The notes beneath the pieces are model-generated. The model was given only the letters and a program-made list of their open reading frames with translations, ran no database searches and was not told the origin of the DNA. A DNA stretch of 64,000 bases from the human T2T-CHM13v2.0 reference genome, Homo sapiens, in assembly GCF_009914755.1 (NCBI RefSeq), contig NC_060928.1. The stretch is one strand, 5' to 3'. How positions within the stretch are numbered: the stretch's first letter is position 1; every line of letters begins with the position of its first letter. Shown piece by piece: positions 1 through 13,613 of the stretch. A program made the translations under genes and the position numbers.

Positions 1-180
1 GAGAGAAATAACAGCACAAACAAATGAAACACATTCCATGCTCATGGATGGGTAGAATCAATATTGTGAAAATGACAATATTGCCAAAAGCAATCTATAA
101 ATTTGATGCAATTTGCATCAAAATACCACCATCATTCTTCACAGCGCTAGAAAAAACTATCCTAAAATTCCTGTGAAACC

Positions 181-209
181 AAAAAAAAAAAAAAAAAAAA
201 AAAAAAAAA
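181..209 (+). repeat. Poly(A)29 tract expanded at an internal L1 A-run
   Basis: 29 consecutive A at the position of the L1 motif GGAACCAAAAAAGAGCC. Confidence 0.95.
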
Positions 210-1310
210 GCCTCCATAGCCAAAGCAAGACTAAGAAAAAAGAACAATTCTGGAGGCATTATATTACTCAACTTCACACTTTACTGTAAGGTTATAGTCA
301 CCAAAACAGCATAATACTGTTGTACAAATAGGCACATATAACAATGGAACAGATTAAGGAAACCAGAAATAAACTCAAATACCTACAGCTAACTCATCTT
401 CAACAAAGCAAACAAAAACAAATTGGGGAATGGACATTCTGTTCATCAAATGGTGCTGGGATAATTGGCAAGCCACATGTAGAAGAAAGAAATTGTGTCC
501 TAATCTCTCACCTTGTACAAAAATAAGCTCAAGATAAATTAAGGACTTAAACATAAGATCTGAACCCATAAAAATTCTAGAAGATAATATCAGAAAAAAC
601 CCTTCTAGACATTGGCATAGGCAATGACTTTATGACCAAGAACCCAAAAGCAAATTAAACAGAAACAAAAATAAATAGATGGAATAAATTAACCTCAAAA
701 GATTCTACACAACAAAAGAAACAATCAACAGAGTAAACAGACAACCCACAGTGGGAGAAAATCTTTGCGGTCTGGATATCCAACAAAAGATTAATATCCA
801 GAATCTACAAGGAACTCAAACAAATGAGCAAGAACAAAACAAACAATCTCATCAAAAAGTGAGCTAAAGGCATGAATAGAAAATTTTCAAAAGAAGATGA
901 ACAAATGGCAAATAAACATATGAAAAAATGCTCAACATCACCAATGAGCAGAGAAATGCACCCAAAACCATAATGCAATACCACCTCACACTGGCAAGAA
1001 TGGCAATAATAAGAGAATAAAAAAAAATCGATGTTGGACTAGATGTGGTAAAAAGAGAACAGTTTAACCCTACTGGTGGGAATGTAAACTAGTACAACCA
1101 CTATGGAAAAGTGCGTAAATTCTTTAAAGAATTAAAAGTAGATCTACCAGTTGATCCAGCAATCCCACTACTGGTTATTTACCCAGAGGAACATAAGTCA
1201 TTATACCAAAAAGATATGTGCACACACATATTTATAGCAGCACTATTTGCAATTGCAAAAGTATAGAACCAGCCCAAATGCCCATCAATCAATAAGTGGT
1301 TAAAGAAAAT

Positions 1311-1945
1311 GGTATATATATGAGATATATATATTATATTTTATATAAATGTATTAAAATATTATATATTATATATTGCATATTATATATAAATTATACA
1401 TTATATAAACATTATGTAGAATGTATAAATATTATATATTATGTATATAATTAATATATATGATATATACTATATGATAGTATATACTATATATAATATA
1501 TTTCATACATTATATATATTATTTTGTATATATAATTTATCACATATTATATAATTATATATTACATATAATTATATATTATATAATATATCATATTACA
1601 TATAATTATATATTATATAATATATCATATTACATATATGATTATATGTAAAGTGTAATTATATATGTATACAATGTCTAATATTGTATATTAGATATTT
1701 AATATTACATAATATTATATAAATAATATACTAAATTATTTATTATATATAATTGATATATTAATTATATACAAATACATAATTATATATTTAATTTTAT
1801 ATAATATATAACCATATCTTATATATAATTGTTATATAATTATACATAATATATAATAATAAATATTATATATTATTATATGGTATATTATATGTATATA
1901 TTAAATATATAATATATAATAAGATATCATATATTTTATATATAC
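1311..1945. repeat. ~630 bp degenerate (TA)n / AT-rich low-complexity expansion inside the L1PB
   Basis: Almost pure A/T; L1 sequence stops at aaaatggtatata and resumes at tatacactgtggagtactactcagcc. Confidence 0.95.
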
Positions 1946-3769
1946 ACTGTGGAGTACTACTCAGCCATAAAAATGAATGAAATAATGGCATTTGCAGCAA
2001 CTTGAATGGAATTGCAGACTGTTATTTTAAGCAAAGTACCTCAAGAATGGAAACCCAATCATCAACGTCGTATGTTCTCACTCATAAGTAGGAGCTAAGC
2101 TATGAGGACGCAATGGCATAAGAATGATACAATGGACTTTGGGGTCTCTGCGGAAAGGGTGGAAGGGGTGTAAGGGACAAAAGACTATACACTGGGTACA
2201 GGGATGGGTGCGCCAAAATCTCAGAAATGACCACTAAAGAACTTATTCATGTAATGAAACACCACATATTCCCCAAAACCTATTGAAATTATTTTTTTTT
2301 AAATTAGAATTTCTTTGACTGGGACTAGGTCATTGATAATATGAGTATCTGAATGTAAATTTTAGTTGTGCTTTTTATTAAGGTTGTCAAACTGATTTTT
2401 TAAAAATAGTGTTTGCTTAACCATGTAAAAGAGATGCTATTCTCAATTTTTAACTTAAATATTACATTGAAAGAAAAAAAACTATTTTGCCTATTTAAGC
2501 CATTACACATACTCATTGATAAATAAATTTCAACAATATAAAAGTATTGGAAACTTAAATATAGAATTTAGATGATAATTTAATAGTTTTTTCATACATT
2601 AGAATAAAAGAGAGTTACTTAATATTCCTTCCCTTGAATCATCTGATTTTAAGTTCTAACTATCCAGGTAACAATATGAGTTTAAAATTCATTCTTAGCT
2701 GTTGAAGCCTACAGTTTAGTGCTAGCTTTGCAATAAAAGCTACTTTAAATTTTAGTCTGATTTCCAAACAGTAAAACAAATGTATCCTAATATAATGACT
2801 AGTTGCATATATTTATCTGTTATGTAAGAACTTAGATTAAAAAAGTGGATGATTTCAGTAATAAAATGGCTGTATTTAAAAACCAATATAACAGACATCA
2901 GATAGTTTTAGATGTGTTCAGATCTAATAAGGACTTTTTACTAAACAAAGCAAAGTAATTTTTTTAAAGGAAATACACTCTTAAATAAAATCTTAAGTCA
3001 ATTTGTGGCATATCATGTTTAGATAACTAAAACAGAGAATGTTAGTTAAAGTTTAAGTGAGCTGTAAATTTATACAATACAATCTATTTCATCTTCATTA
3101 TTATAATCTAGTCAGCCAAAATAGCAATTTTATATATAAATAAATAAATGTAATATATAATATATATTTTAGATGTAAAACTTATTTAATATATTATGTA
3201 TTTAAACATATCAAATAAAATATATAATACAAATATGGTATACTTTATCTACATATATGAAAACAAACAGAAAGTGGTTCTTTCTTGTGTCTTCAATTTC
3301 CTGCTGGAAACTGGATTGAGAGTGAGCTGAATAAATTTACTGAGAACCCAGTATAACAGAGTGGGAGTAAATTCAAGGGCAGAACTTGGAATTTCAAGTG
3401 TGGGAACCAGAAATCAATAGAAGAAAGATCTGTGTGTTAAATTTAATACTCTAAACAGTTATTGAAGCAAAGAACACCATCCAGAAAGCAACGAGAACTA
3501 GCGAATTAATACATATACTAAACAATAAAATGTTTGCAAAAAGGGAATTTGCCCTACTGAACCTCAATAGATTAGGCTAATCATTGATAAGACACGCTAA
3601 TTAATAAAGAAGAAATACATTCCCTTGATGTAGAAAATACATTACATTAGAAAAACAAGCTGCTCTGCTACCGTTTATGATTTTTTTCTGTTCATGATTT
3701 TAAGGGGTAAGTGAGCAAGTTTTCTGGTATTTTCTGATTTTGCTCTACCATCTGCTTCTTAAATGCAGC

Positions 3770-3975
3770 AATGACCTAGGTCTCTGTTCTCAAATACTCA
3801 AATTGTCCTTTGCTGGTACTTTCTGAAACAGTCTTTACCCCCTTTCTTCCATTTTCACTTCCTGTCAAATGTTTATCAAATCTGCATCTCACATCTTGAA
3901 CTTCATGTTCCCAAATGCCTGATAAGCATCTCCATTAAAGTATATTAAAGACAACTCAATCTTACATATCCTCCA
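3770..3975 (+). mobile_element. L2 LINE fragment
   Basis: cttgaacttcatgttcccaaatgcctgataagcatctccatt...caactcaatcttacatatcc resembles the L2 consensus CCAACTGCCTACTTGACATCTCCAC...CTCAAACTCAACATGTCC. Confidence 0.55.
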
Positions 3976-4018
3976 CTAATTTTTGAAAAAAATTTGGATG
4001 TTCTTAAAATAAAACACA

Positions 4019-4317
<299 letters not shown>

Positions 4318-6039
4318 AAAATAAAACACAGCAGAAAAGTACAATACCCATTTCCCTATCACTCGATTGAATCACAACAAGTACTGTGGTATGGTTTTTA
4401 CCACTTTTTTATTTTTAAGCATAACTCCTCAATTATTTTTTATAAAAATAGCATCTTTCCATTATAAATATTTGAAGCATTTCAAAAAGTATGAGGATAA
4501 AAGGGAAATATCAGATCGAATCCCATGACCCAAATCAGGAACACTGAGTATCATTGCAGAGAAATAGTATAGATTCAAACCTTACCACTAGTTCTTTAAC
4601 ACAACCACAGCTTTACCAAATTCAATATTTAATTAATCTTTTATCTGAATAGATGTAGTGGTTAAGTAGACAATCTCCCATCCCACCCAGAAGAGCACAG
4701 AGGTGCTGTATTTATTGAGCTTGTTCATGTTGAGCCAGTCATTCAGTCTATTTTATTCCTGCAAGGCCCATATACTGGTTATAAACTTTTCAAGGTATTT
4801 TCTCCTTCAGACATTGTAGACTTTGTCACATTGTCTTCTGACATTCCTTCTGTTAGTCTGCTTTGTTTTGTTTTGTTTTTAAAGAGATTTGAAAGAACTA
4901 TGATAATTTTTACCCATGGAGCAATTTGTTTTCCTTCCTGGATTGCCAAATATTTTTTTTCTTTCTCCAATCTCAATTTTGTTAGAGTTTTTAACAATTT
5001 AACTTCCTTTACATTTGTTAAATTTCTCAGTTTTATTATATTCTTTAGGATTCTTTTTAGATATTTATGTGCAGTTTTTCTTCATTTTAAGAAAATTCTA
5101 TTGTTCACTTTGGACATCTGCATTCTAGAAATATATTACAATATTCCTTTATTTGTTTAAATGTTTTGTTTTTAAATGTATTTGCAGCGACTATGATCAT
5201 CTCAAGCCTTTCCACTGTGACAGTGATTAGATTTTTAGTGGCTTATCTTCTCTTTATTTTTCTTTCTAATTTTAAAGTTCAAATTGTCTGACACTGAAAT
5301 TTGCTCTGACTATGTAAGAATTCTTGTCATCCTTCCCACTGAGGACAGTTTATTTTCTCCTCTGAGCTATAGTTAGTTTGAGGCTAAGTATCCCTTAGAA
5401 CGGATGATGAGAGGAGGTGAAAATTCTTAGTTGTGTTGATAACGCTGTGGTCTATTTTAGAACAAATGGGCTATGCTTTTTCTTCTGATAGTTGTAAAAA
5501 TATCTGTACTGGAGTTCATTCTCATAAATGTCAAGAGCAAGGGAGGAAGACCAATTTTTATGTGATCTCAATTATTTACCCAGTTTAAGAATAGCCCTGA
5601 AGGATTTACCTTGTTCAGGAAAAAACAAAAATTTCCTTCATTTGTTTTCCCCAGTATACAGACATATTTGCATAAGTTCTTTCCACTAATTCTTAACAAA
5701 AAATGAAAAAGCAAATGATATGTTTCTCTCCAGATTTAGAAATAATATTAATAAGAATCTGGGATACTGTAAACTCAATTCTATATTACCAAGGAGTAGA
5801 GAAGTATACTTCTCCTTTACTCAAGGATCTTCTACAATGAAATCCAATGTTTACAAGTATAAGAGATTAGAATATTCTCCTTTTTAAAATTATCACTTGA
5901 GTTGCTTTATTTCATTTGATCTTACCATGTTTAGCTTATTTCACTGGATTTCAGGAAGGTCAAATACCGAGACTAGTTTCAAACGGCATTCTTAACCTGA
6001 ATTTCCAATCAGCTTTCTATTTATGCTGATCTGAAGATA

Positions 6040-6275
6040 TCACAGTTTTTCTAGTCACAAAAATTCAAAACCCTGGAGTTCTTTTTTATTCCTTATTCTT
6101 GCTCCTCTAAAAATCCAATCAGCCATCAAAGTACATCAATTCTAAGCCGAGAAAACCTTGATGGCTCTTGATATTTTTTGTCTCTGAACTGTATGTTCGT
6201 AGTTCCATCCTACATTCTTTCTATAATGGACTATTATGCAAACCTCTTAACTAGAATTCCAACCCTGTCCTTCTA
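6040..6275 (+). mobile_element. L2 LINE fragment, probably the continuation of the 3770-3975 piece
   Basis: aaaaccctggagttctt...aaatccaatcagccatcaaagtacatcaattcta resembles L2 AAAACCTGGGAGTCATCC...CATCCAATCCATCACCAAGTCCTGTCGATTCTA. Confidence 0.6.
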
Positions 6276-6359
6276 AAATAATGAAGAAATAAGCCTTTAC
6301 TGATACCCATTATACAAAATTTATCTTCTCTAATTATAAAATATTATAAAATATATGGC

Positions 6360-6470
6360 TTTTGTGTTATTAAGTACATTTCCCAAATTACTCACTTAAC
6401 AAGGGACAGAACTGGGATTTGAGCCCATATGTGAGAAATTCCATTACTGTACCCATTCCACTACTCTAAG
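6360..6470 (-). mobile_element. MIR SINE fragment
   Basis: tttcccaaattactcac...gacagaactgggatttgagccca resembles the antisense MIR core. Confidence 0.55.
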
Positions 6471-7424
6471 TATTTTTCCATTTATTTATATGATATCTAA
6501 GCCAGTATATGCATGGTGGATGCTTCCATTTTCAAAGAGTTAAGATTTAAAATGTTTTATGAAAATCTACATCTAAAACAGCATTAAAGTCTGCATCTTT
6601 AAAAAAAATCAGCTTTTAAAATTAGATACCTGAATTAAAAAATAATGTTGCCCTATCTACTTTCTGACTTATTACCAAAACCTAGTAAAAATATTTTGTA
6701 CTAGAATATTAATGAGAATAACTACACTTACTCATTACACATTTATTAATGTTAAGAACCCTGATCAATTGGGAAGAAAAATAAAATGAAAGGAAATTAT
6801 CCCTTTTCTTACAACTCAGTTATTCTCATTGGAAGTCAAATTATTGGGATATCTAAGTGTCATTTGCAAAAAAAGAAAAACTTTCTGTCTTTTTTCTCTC
6901 AATCAGTAACTCTAGTGATTACTTAATAATTTTATGCATGAAAAAGGAGGACTATTTTTAATTACTGTTCATTTTAGTATAGGTGAAGCATTTTGGGACT
7001 TTTTCACCTAATATTTTCTTTTTATATAAATGCTTTTTCAGTGGTAGGGGATCTAGAATTCACTGCTTTAGAGTTGTATGTATTTTCCAGTGGCCAAATG
7101 ATACTCAATTTTATTATGCATTCTAATTTTAATTTTTTTTGAAATTATAAAGCTACATTTAAACCCATACATGTGTAAGTAATGTGTTCTATAACCTATT
7201 ATGTATATTCAATAATATGTGTCCTTTAAAATAAATAATAAAGTCCTCTTGCCCTTTGAAGAGCTGTAACTCTTTTTCAAGGAAGATATTATGATAAATT
7301 TCTGAATCAGCTTTGTGCTCATACTACAACTAACTTTGCTGCAGACATTGGATTTTCAATATCAAATCTCTATTGTCTAAATATTCAAACTGACTAATAT
7401 CAGCTAGTGAAAGAAAATAAGAAA

Positions 7425-7570
7425 ATAGGTTTCACTAAGCACCTAATGTATGGCAAACTATATGTCAAGCCTATTTCATTTACAATATCATTAAATCCTA
7501 AAAAAGTCCTGTAGAGAAATACTTCATACAAAGAAAGCAAGTGACTCAACACAAAGGCTCACAAATACAC
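7425..7570 (-). mobile_element. MIR SINE fragment
   Basis: cactaagcacctaatgtatggcaaac...atcattaaatcctaaaaaagtcctgtag resembles the antisense MIR 3' part. Confidence 0.55.
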
Positions 7571-8149
7571 TCTTCTTAGAATATGTTTTATCAATTCAAC
7601 TAAAATGTGCTAACTGTCCAATATTTAGTTAGCTTTGAAAATATGAATTTTAAACCTACTTACTTTAGATCCCTAACCTTGAAGTGATATGTATTCAATC
7701 TCAGATCAACTGAGCTAGATAATGATTGGTTCATGATAATAGAATTTCCAAGCAGCCACTTTCTGGTAGGCAGGAGAAATCAAGTAAATATGTACTGATT
7801 CGTGACATGAAGCAATGAAGCATTGTTGCTGACTGCTAGAAACTGACAACAATCAATCAAAGTGACATGTAGCAATTAGAAACAAGGTAGCTGTAATTGA
7901 ACAAATGTGTCAACCAGCTTATAAGTGAAAAGGTAGTCACAAACAGCTACAAGACCTAAAACACTGGACCTATTCATTAATCAAAGGGCAGATTTCATAA
8001 CTATACTCTGTAATAATGCTTCCAAATAAGGTCTATTTTAGTTTTCAAGTGTCATCTAAGTAAAACAAAATAGATACATGTACAGTCATAGATAATTAAG
8101 GTGCAAAAGTATGTTTTACAAGAAATGTTCTATTGGCTTAACATTCATT

Positions 8150-8247
8150 CTTTTATTTTTTTACTTTTTTTTTTGGAGAGACAACACTTTGCTATGCCCA
8201 GGCTGGTCTCAAACTCCTGGCCTCAAGTGATCCTTCCACCTAGGCCC
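8150..8247 (-). mobile_element. FLAM / Alu left-arm fragment
   Basis: Poly-T followed by gctatgcccaggctggtctcaaactcctggcctcaagtgatcc. Confidence 0.8.
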
Positions 8248-8559
8248 AAACAAAATTGCTATGGTGTGAAAAGTTTCAAATAATTTTATCTAGCATTTTT
8301 GCAACATGGAATATTTGATCTCTTGAGAATGAAGGATGTTTCCCATAAAATAGTGCATTTTCAGTCATAGTAGCAGGACAACCAGAAATTGTTTATGGTG
8401 ATGCATTTAAACAGGAAGCATACAAAATAATACATTTTTCATTGTATTAATTTTGTTATTTGGTTCATAAGGGAGTTTAAAATGAAATAGATAATTTTAG
8501 TAGCAAAAGCTTCTGTAAGCTATTTTGGTACTTTTTCTGAAGTGCTATTCAGACCCCTG

Positions 8560-8836
8560 TGGTCAAAGAATATAAAGTTTTAGTTACGTAGAATAAATAA
8601 ACTGAAATATCTAACCTAAAGCATGAAGACCATAGCTAACAGTATTGGATGGTATTCTAGAAATTTACTATGAGAATAGATTTTAAGTACCTTTTCCACA
8701 CACACACAAAGTAACTATATAAGATGATGGATATGGTAATTTGCTTGACTTTGGTAATTATTTCATTATATATACATATATCAAAACATCATGATGTATA
8801 CCTTAAATATATGCAATAAAAGTAAATTAAAAAATA
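8560..8836 (+). mobile_element. Old L1 3' end (L1MA9/L1MB-like)
   Basis: gtaactatataagatgatggatatggtaatttgcttgac...atcaaaacatcatgatgtataccttaaatatatgcaataaaa with an A-rich end. Confidence 0.75.
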
Positions 8837-11049
8837 ACTTGGGAGACTGAAGTCCAAGGTGACATTCTAATATTTGTATAATAAAGAATTGTTTTTTAAA
8901 TGAATTTCTCATCAAATATTTATACAATTTTATATGACATGCCTTCATAACCATTTATACATTTAAAATAGGATGGTGTGTAGCACACGATGATGGCTGT
9001 CAGCCATACTGGCTTTACTGTTTTTATTACTGTAATGTATAATAAGGTAGGGTGGAATTAATGTTAGTAAAATGTTGCTTAATTAGTTGTCTCACATAAG
9101 AGTAGATAAATGTAGGGATTTTTAATCAAATTGAATATTTTCAAACCCTGATCTACGTTTATACATAATTTATAGGAGATACAATATGTATATGCTCCTA
9201 TTTGTAAAGATATGTAGGAGTTTTGACTAGTTTGATTATGTTGAGCATAGTTTTGGACAATGGAATGCACTTGCAAGGTGACTGGATGGTAGTAGTGGAT
9301 ATGTGACCATTGATTGTTGGAAATAAAATAAGTCCTTAGGGAAAAAAAATGTAGATTAAACTAGAACATGACCCAGATTTCCTAAATCTTCTTAGGGCTC
9401 ATTCTGCTTCAGTGTATAATACTTGATTCTATCATAAGTATTTGAAAATTTGCAGTAAAACAAATATGTATAGATTTGAAATTAGGATGTGCAAATTTTA
9501 TTCATGAGGAAGAAAACTAGAATAAAATTATTTACTTCATTTTTCATACAACCAGAGAATGAGCTAATGGAAAACTACATTGTACAATCAGTACAAAATA
9601 ACCCTTAGAATGATATGCTTTTCCTGAAAATAGGCAATTATGAAACTACTACAACTGTAGATAGTCCAAGTCATGCAGTTCCAAAAGAACCAGTACCACC
9701 ACCCCTGTGGACAGAGGATGCAAACTACTCCCTGTGGCTTTTCTGAAATGTGTCTGGTAGAAAAGAGAGAACTGGTAAGCAAAATTTATTCCCAGTAATA
9801 AAGCTACCAAACAGTGAAAGCACAAACTTGGATAAAAATGAAAAAAAAAAGTATGCTTCCTTTCATCACCTTGATGAGCTATAGTTTTCAAAGATGAGAA
9901 AAAGAAAGTAAATAGATCTCTTTCTATATATATGTAAAATACATATAACTATATATTATATTATAACTATTATATGTAATTATAATATTTTAATGTCTGG
10001 TGAATTTAGAGGTGAGTAATCTGTATGTTTCAGGCAATTAATGTCTTGTTATTGTTAAAGTTTTACAGGCTTCCTAATCAATGTTTAGATCTTAAAGCTA
10101 TTAAGCCTTATTCATTCATATTATCTTCCTTTTCCAAAATTCACTGCACAAATCCTTAATTTTCACTTTTATCTTTTCTATATTTTCATATATTTATAAA
10201 TGTCAGCCACTGGGGTGATGGAGAGATTGAGAGCCTTTCCTTTAAATCACATAGAGGCCATGTCAAAAGGTCATCAAGGATGGAAAATGCAGGCACATTC
10301 TGAAACATTGAGCACTGTACTGCTAACTAGGTCTGATAGACACATAAAAAAATCTCATAAATGCAAATAGCATTCCAGAACAAAAGATTGTCACTTCTTT
10401 CTTTGAAAAATAACTGTCTGGCTTATCTGTCTTTCCTCACACTGACGACTGCCTTCGTAAAAGCAAAAGATACACAATATGGATTGAAAGGTGTATTTCA
10501 TGTTTATGCAGAGGAAAAAAAGTGAATTTCTAATAAATGAATAGTGAGATGTAAATGAGAAAAAAATGCCTATATGGCACAGGAAGCTCTCAGAAATATC
10601 AATTGAACTAAGTAGTCCCAAGTTTTTCAAAGATTAGTAGTTCTTGGGCAGTAGCAACAACAGATCATTGATTTAAAAAACACTGTAATTTTTTAAAATT
10701 ATAATCACAGTACCTATTTCTGCTGATCTTTCAAAACAGACCTTTGGTTAGTCATTTGTAAAGATGACTGTATCAGAATAAAGGATTGTCATCCAGCAGA
10801 TGGCAATGAAAGGGAAAGAGACACGTTTTATCCGGGAAAAGCATAGTCGAACCTTCTTATAAATCCGTGGGAACTCTGTGAAGAATATGCATAAAAATAT
10901 TAATTAGTTGGCAGTTATCAAAAGTGACAAATGTATCCGATGCCTTTAGGATTGATATGTAAAAATAGCACAACTAAAGAAACATCTATTGGTCTTGTAG
11001 TATTTATAAGGAAATATTCTATGCCTCATATAAATTTTTTTTAATGTGT

Positions 11050-11200
11050 AATATAATATCACATGTTCCGTGTTGTCAAGAAATACAATCTAATGAGACA
11101 TATAGGACATGTCCACAACTAAAAATACTGCCTGCCAAATGATTATTGGTGTAATTAAGGGATATATAAACTGCAGGAGGACTTAGAAGAAGGAATTTAG
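11050..11200 (-). mobile_element. L2 fragment
   Basis: Degenerate match to the antisense L2 3' region (caagaaatacaatctaatgagacatataggacatg). Confidence 0.35.
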
Positions 11201-11689
11201 TGTTTCTAATATGAACACTCAAACATACCTCTTACTGAATCAGTAAGAATTCCTTCAGCAGGAAGTTTTGGTGCAGACAGGAAAAATTTAATAATGAAAA
11301 GACACTTATATAAAAGAAATGACAAGCTAGCATAAAGCTTTTGCAATAGCACTTAACGTATTTCTTCCCAGTTGGTTCTACTTCTATTATCTCCGTCCTT
11401 GTGGAGCCGTGGATATGGGGCCTTGTCTAGTCTAGTCAGTGGCTCTCTCTTTATCAATTTGACATAATTTTTTGGCACAGTTCACTGAACTCTTTACATG
11501 GCAGTAAGGGAATCTTTCACCATAAAATACTACAAACCTCCTGGTATTTTAGAAACTATACACACGAATGAATGAAATGCATGACTATTTCCCTCAAAAT
11601 ATATATTATAAAACCTCAGAGTTTGTATGACAAGCTCTATTGTACTATTTTACTATTATGTAAAAATTCTATTGTATTGATACATTGTA

Positions 11690-11885
11690 GATATTATTGA
11701 GAAGATATATATCTTAATAATATCTTAATAATAAGCATACTAAATATAATAAATATTATGTGTGTACATATGTAATATTTACTATATTAACTATGTTTAT
11801 ACCACAAATACATATTATGTAATATTTATGCACATATGTAATTGTGTATATATATTCATATGTATTATATTCATATATATTATAT
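11690..11885. repeat. AT-rich low-complexity tract
   Basis: Degenerate (TA)n sequence. Confidence 0.7.
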
Positions 11886-13567
11886 TCTTGTTTAAATTGC
11901 TTTGTCATTGTTTCTTATTTGTTGTTTCACATAGATTTTTAAGATATTTTTCAATATTAATAAATACTCATTTGGAATTTTAGGGAACTTATGTTAATAC
12001 ACAAAATTAAGATAAAGGCATATCTTCGTAATAATTTTCTTCTAATACATGAGCATACTGTAGATTTCTGCTGAAGTTGAATTTTATTTTATTGGCATAA
12101 AGTAAATTGAAATAAAATTCTACAGAATTTCCCCATAACTCAGTTCTAAGCCAATTAGAGTTTATAAGAACAATATGTATTAATCACCTAAATTATAAGA
12201 AAAACTTCAAACGTTTTTAATAATTATGATAAATAAATGAAACTTTTTAAAGTAACTTTAGTTACTTTCCTGGAATTTTACAGACATGGCTAAATTTCTA
12301 TTTTATAGTGATCTCTGTTTTTTACCACTATGAAAATAGAAAGGCTTGGATTTTAATGTCTCTACTTTTATTATTTATACATTTCACCTGCATATTTTAC
12401 TTATGACAACTGAAATGTTCTAAAAGAAATGTGCAAAATAGATCTTCTGATGACAATTGATTTTATTTTGAAAAGATCATATGCCTTAATCCCTTAAGGT
12501 AACCACTCAGTCAAAGGCTGAAATAGTACAAGATTTGGATGCCATGTCATATCAGAATTCAAGACTTACTTGTTCTAAAAACTTGTTATAGTACCTTTTT
12601 CTTTGTAGTTTTTAAGATCACTATGAAATTCTCCTGAAGGTATTTATAAAAATATTTGACCATCAGAATCAGTTGACACAAGCTAGCAATACCTTTGCAA
12701 AAGAAAGAAAGAAGTTCAACTGAACAATTGTGGTAGGCAAAATATTAACTTCCTTATCATTATTCCCTATACCTATCTATTTTCTAGCACATGAAATACA
12801 ATCTTTACTTGGATTTTCAATAGGCAAACACATCTATTAAATAATCTCTGTGTATTTATCACCCACCATCAAACCAATCCATTTTACAAACTACACTTTA
12901 AAAGACACAAATTTACTTTTAATATGTATCTATTGATGTCATAAATCATCATATTCATAATTAAATTGTCATCCGACTGAAGCAGGGACACAGAAAAAAA
13001 TAAAACAGCTTAATGAGCTTTCTCTAAGCCATTGCCTACCAGGTTAAAAAAAAAAAAAAAACAGTTCAGTCTTTTTATATGAAAGAAATGTTTCTTTAAA
13101 CCTACTATAAACTAGTGGATTTACAGCTATAATTATTTTTCTCATTGACTTTTCTATTATACTCGGGACCCTGCTGTTATTCAGGATTTGCCTTTAGATC
13201 TATTTTCATCAGACAGTTTTCAAAGTATATTTGCACATCTCAATTCAGTTACATTAAAATTATTTTTAATCTAAAATGCATTTTTTAGTTATTTATTTCC
13301 TTTTCCAATCTGAATCATTCTGCCCTAATTTGTGTAAAAATTCATGCTGACTTCTTTTTCCTTGTTTATGATTTGTGAGCCAACTTTCATCCATCTAATT
13401 AAAACTTTTGTGAAGGACAAAACATGAAATAACTGCAAGGAGGCAGTCTGAAGTTATCTGAAATGATTCCAACATCAGTGATGTAACTTTCTATAGTACG
13501 TTCAAGTGTTTGCAGACCCAAATAAGTAAATTGCTTGGTCTTTCCTGAGTGTAATTAGTACTTAATT

Positions 13568-13613
13568 ATAGGTTGGTGCAAAAGTAATTGCAGTTTTTGT
13601 TATTGAAAATAAT
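13568..13613. mobile_element. Truncated MADE1 (Hsmar1-derived MITE), one TIR only
   Basis: taggttggtgcaaaagtaattgcagtttttgttattgaaaataat matches TTAGGTTGGTGCAAAAGTAATTGCGGTTTTTGCCATTGAAAGTAAT; the second arm is absent. Confidence 0.85.

Larger units (their letters stand above)
1..2292 (+). mobile_element. LINE-1 L1PB-type, 3' part of ORF2 plus 3'UTR (runs off the window start), inactivated
   Basis: ORF2 C-terminal sequence (cattccatgctcatggatgggtagaatcaatattgtgaaaatg) and an L1PB-like 3' end (aaaatctcagaaatgaccactaaagaacttattcatgtaa...ccccaaaacctattgaaat). Confidence 0.9.
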
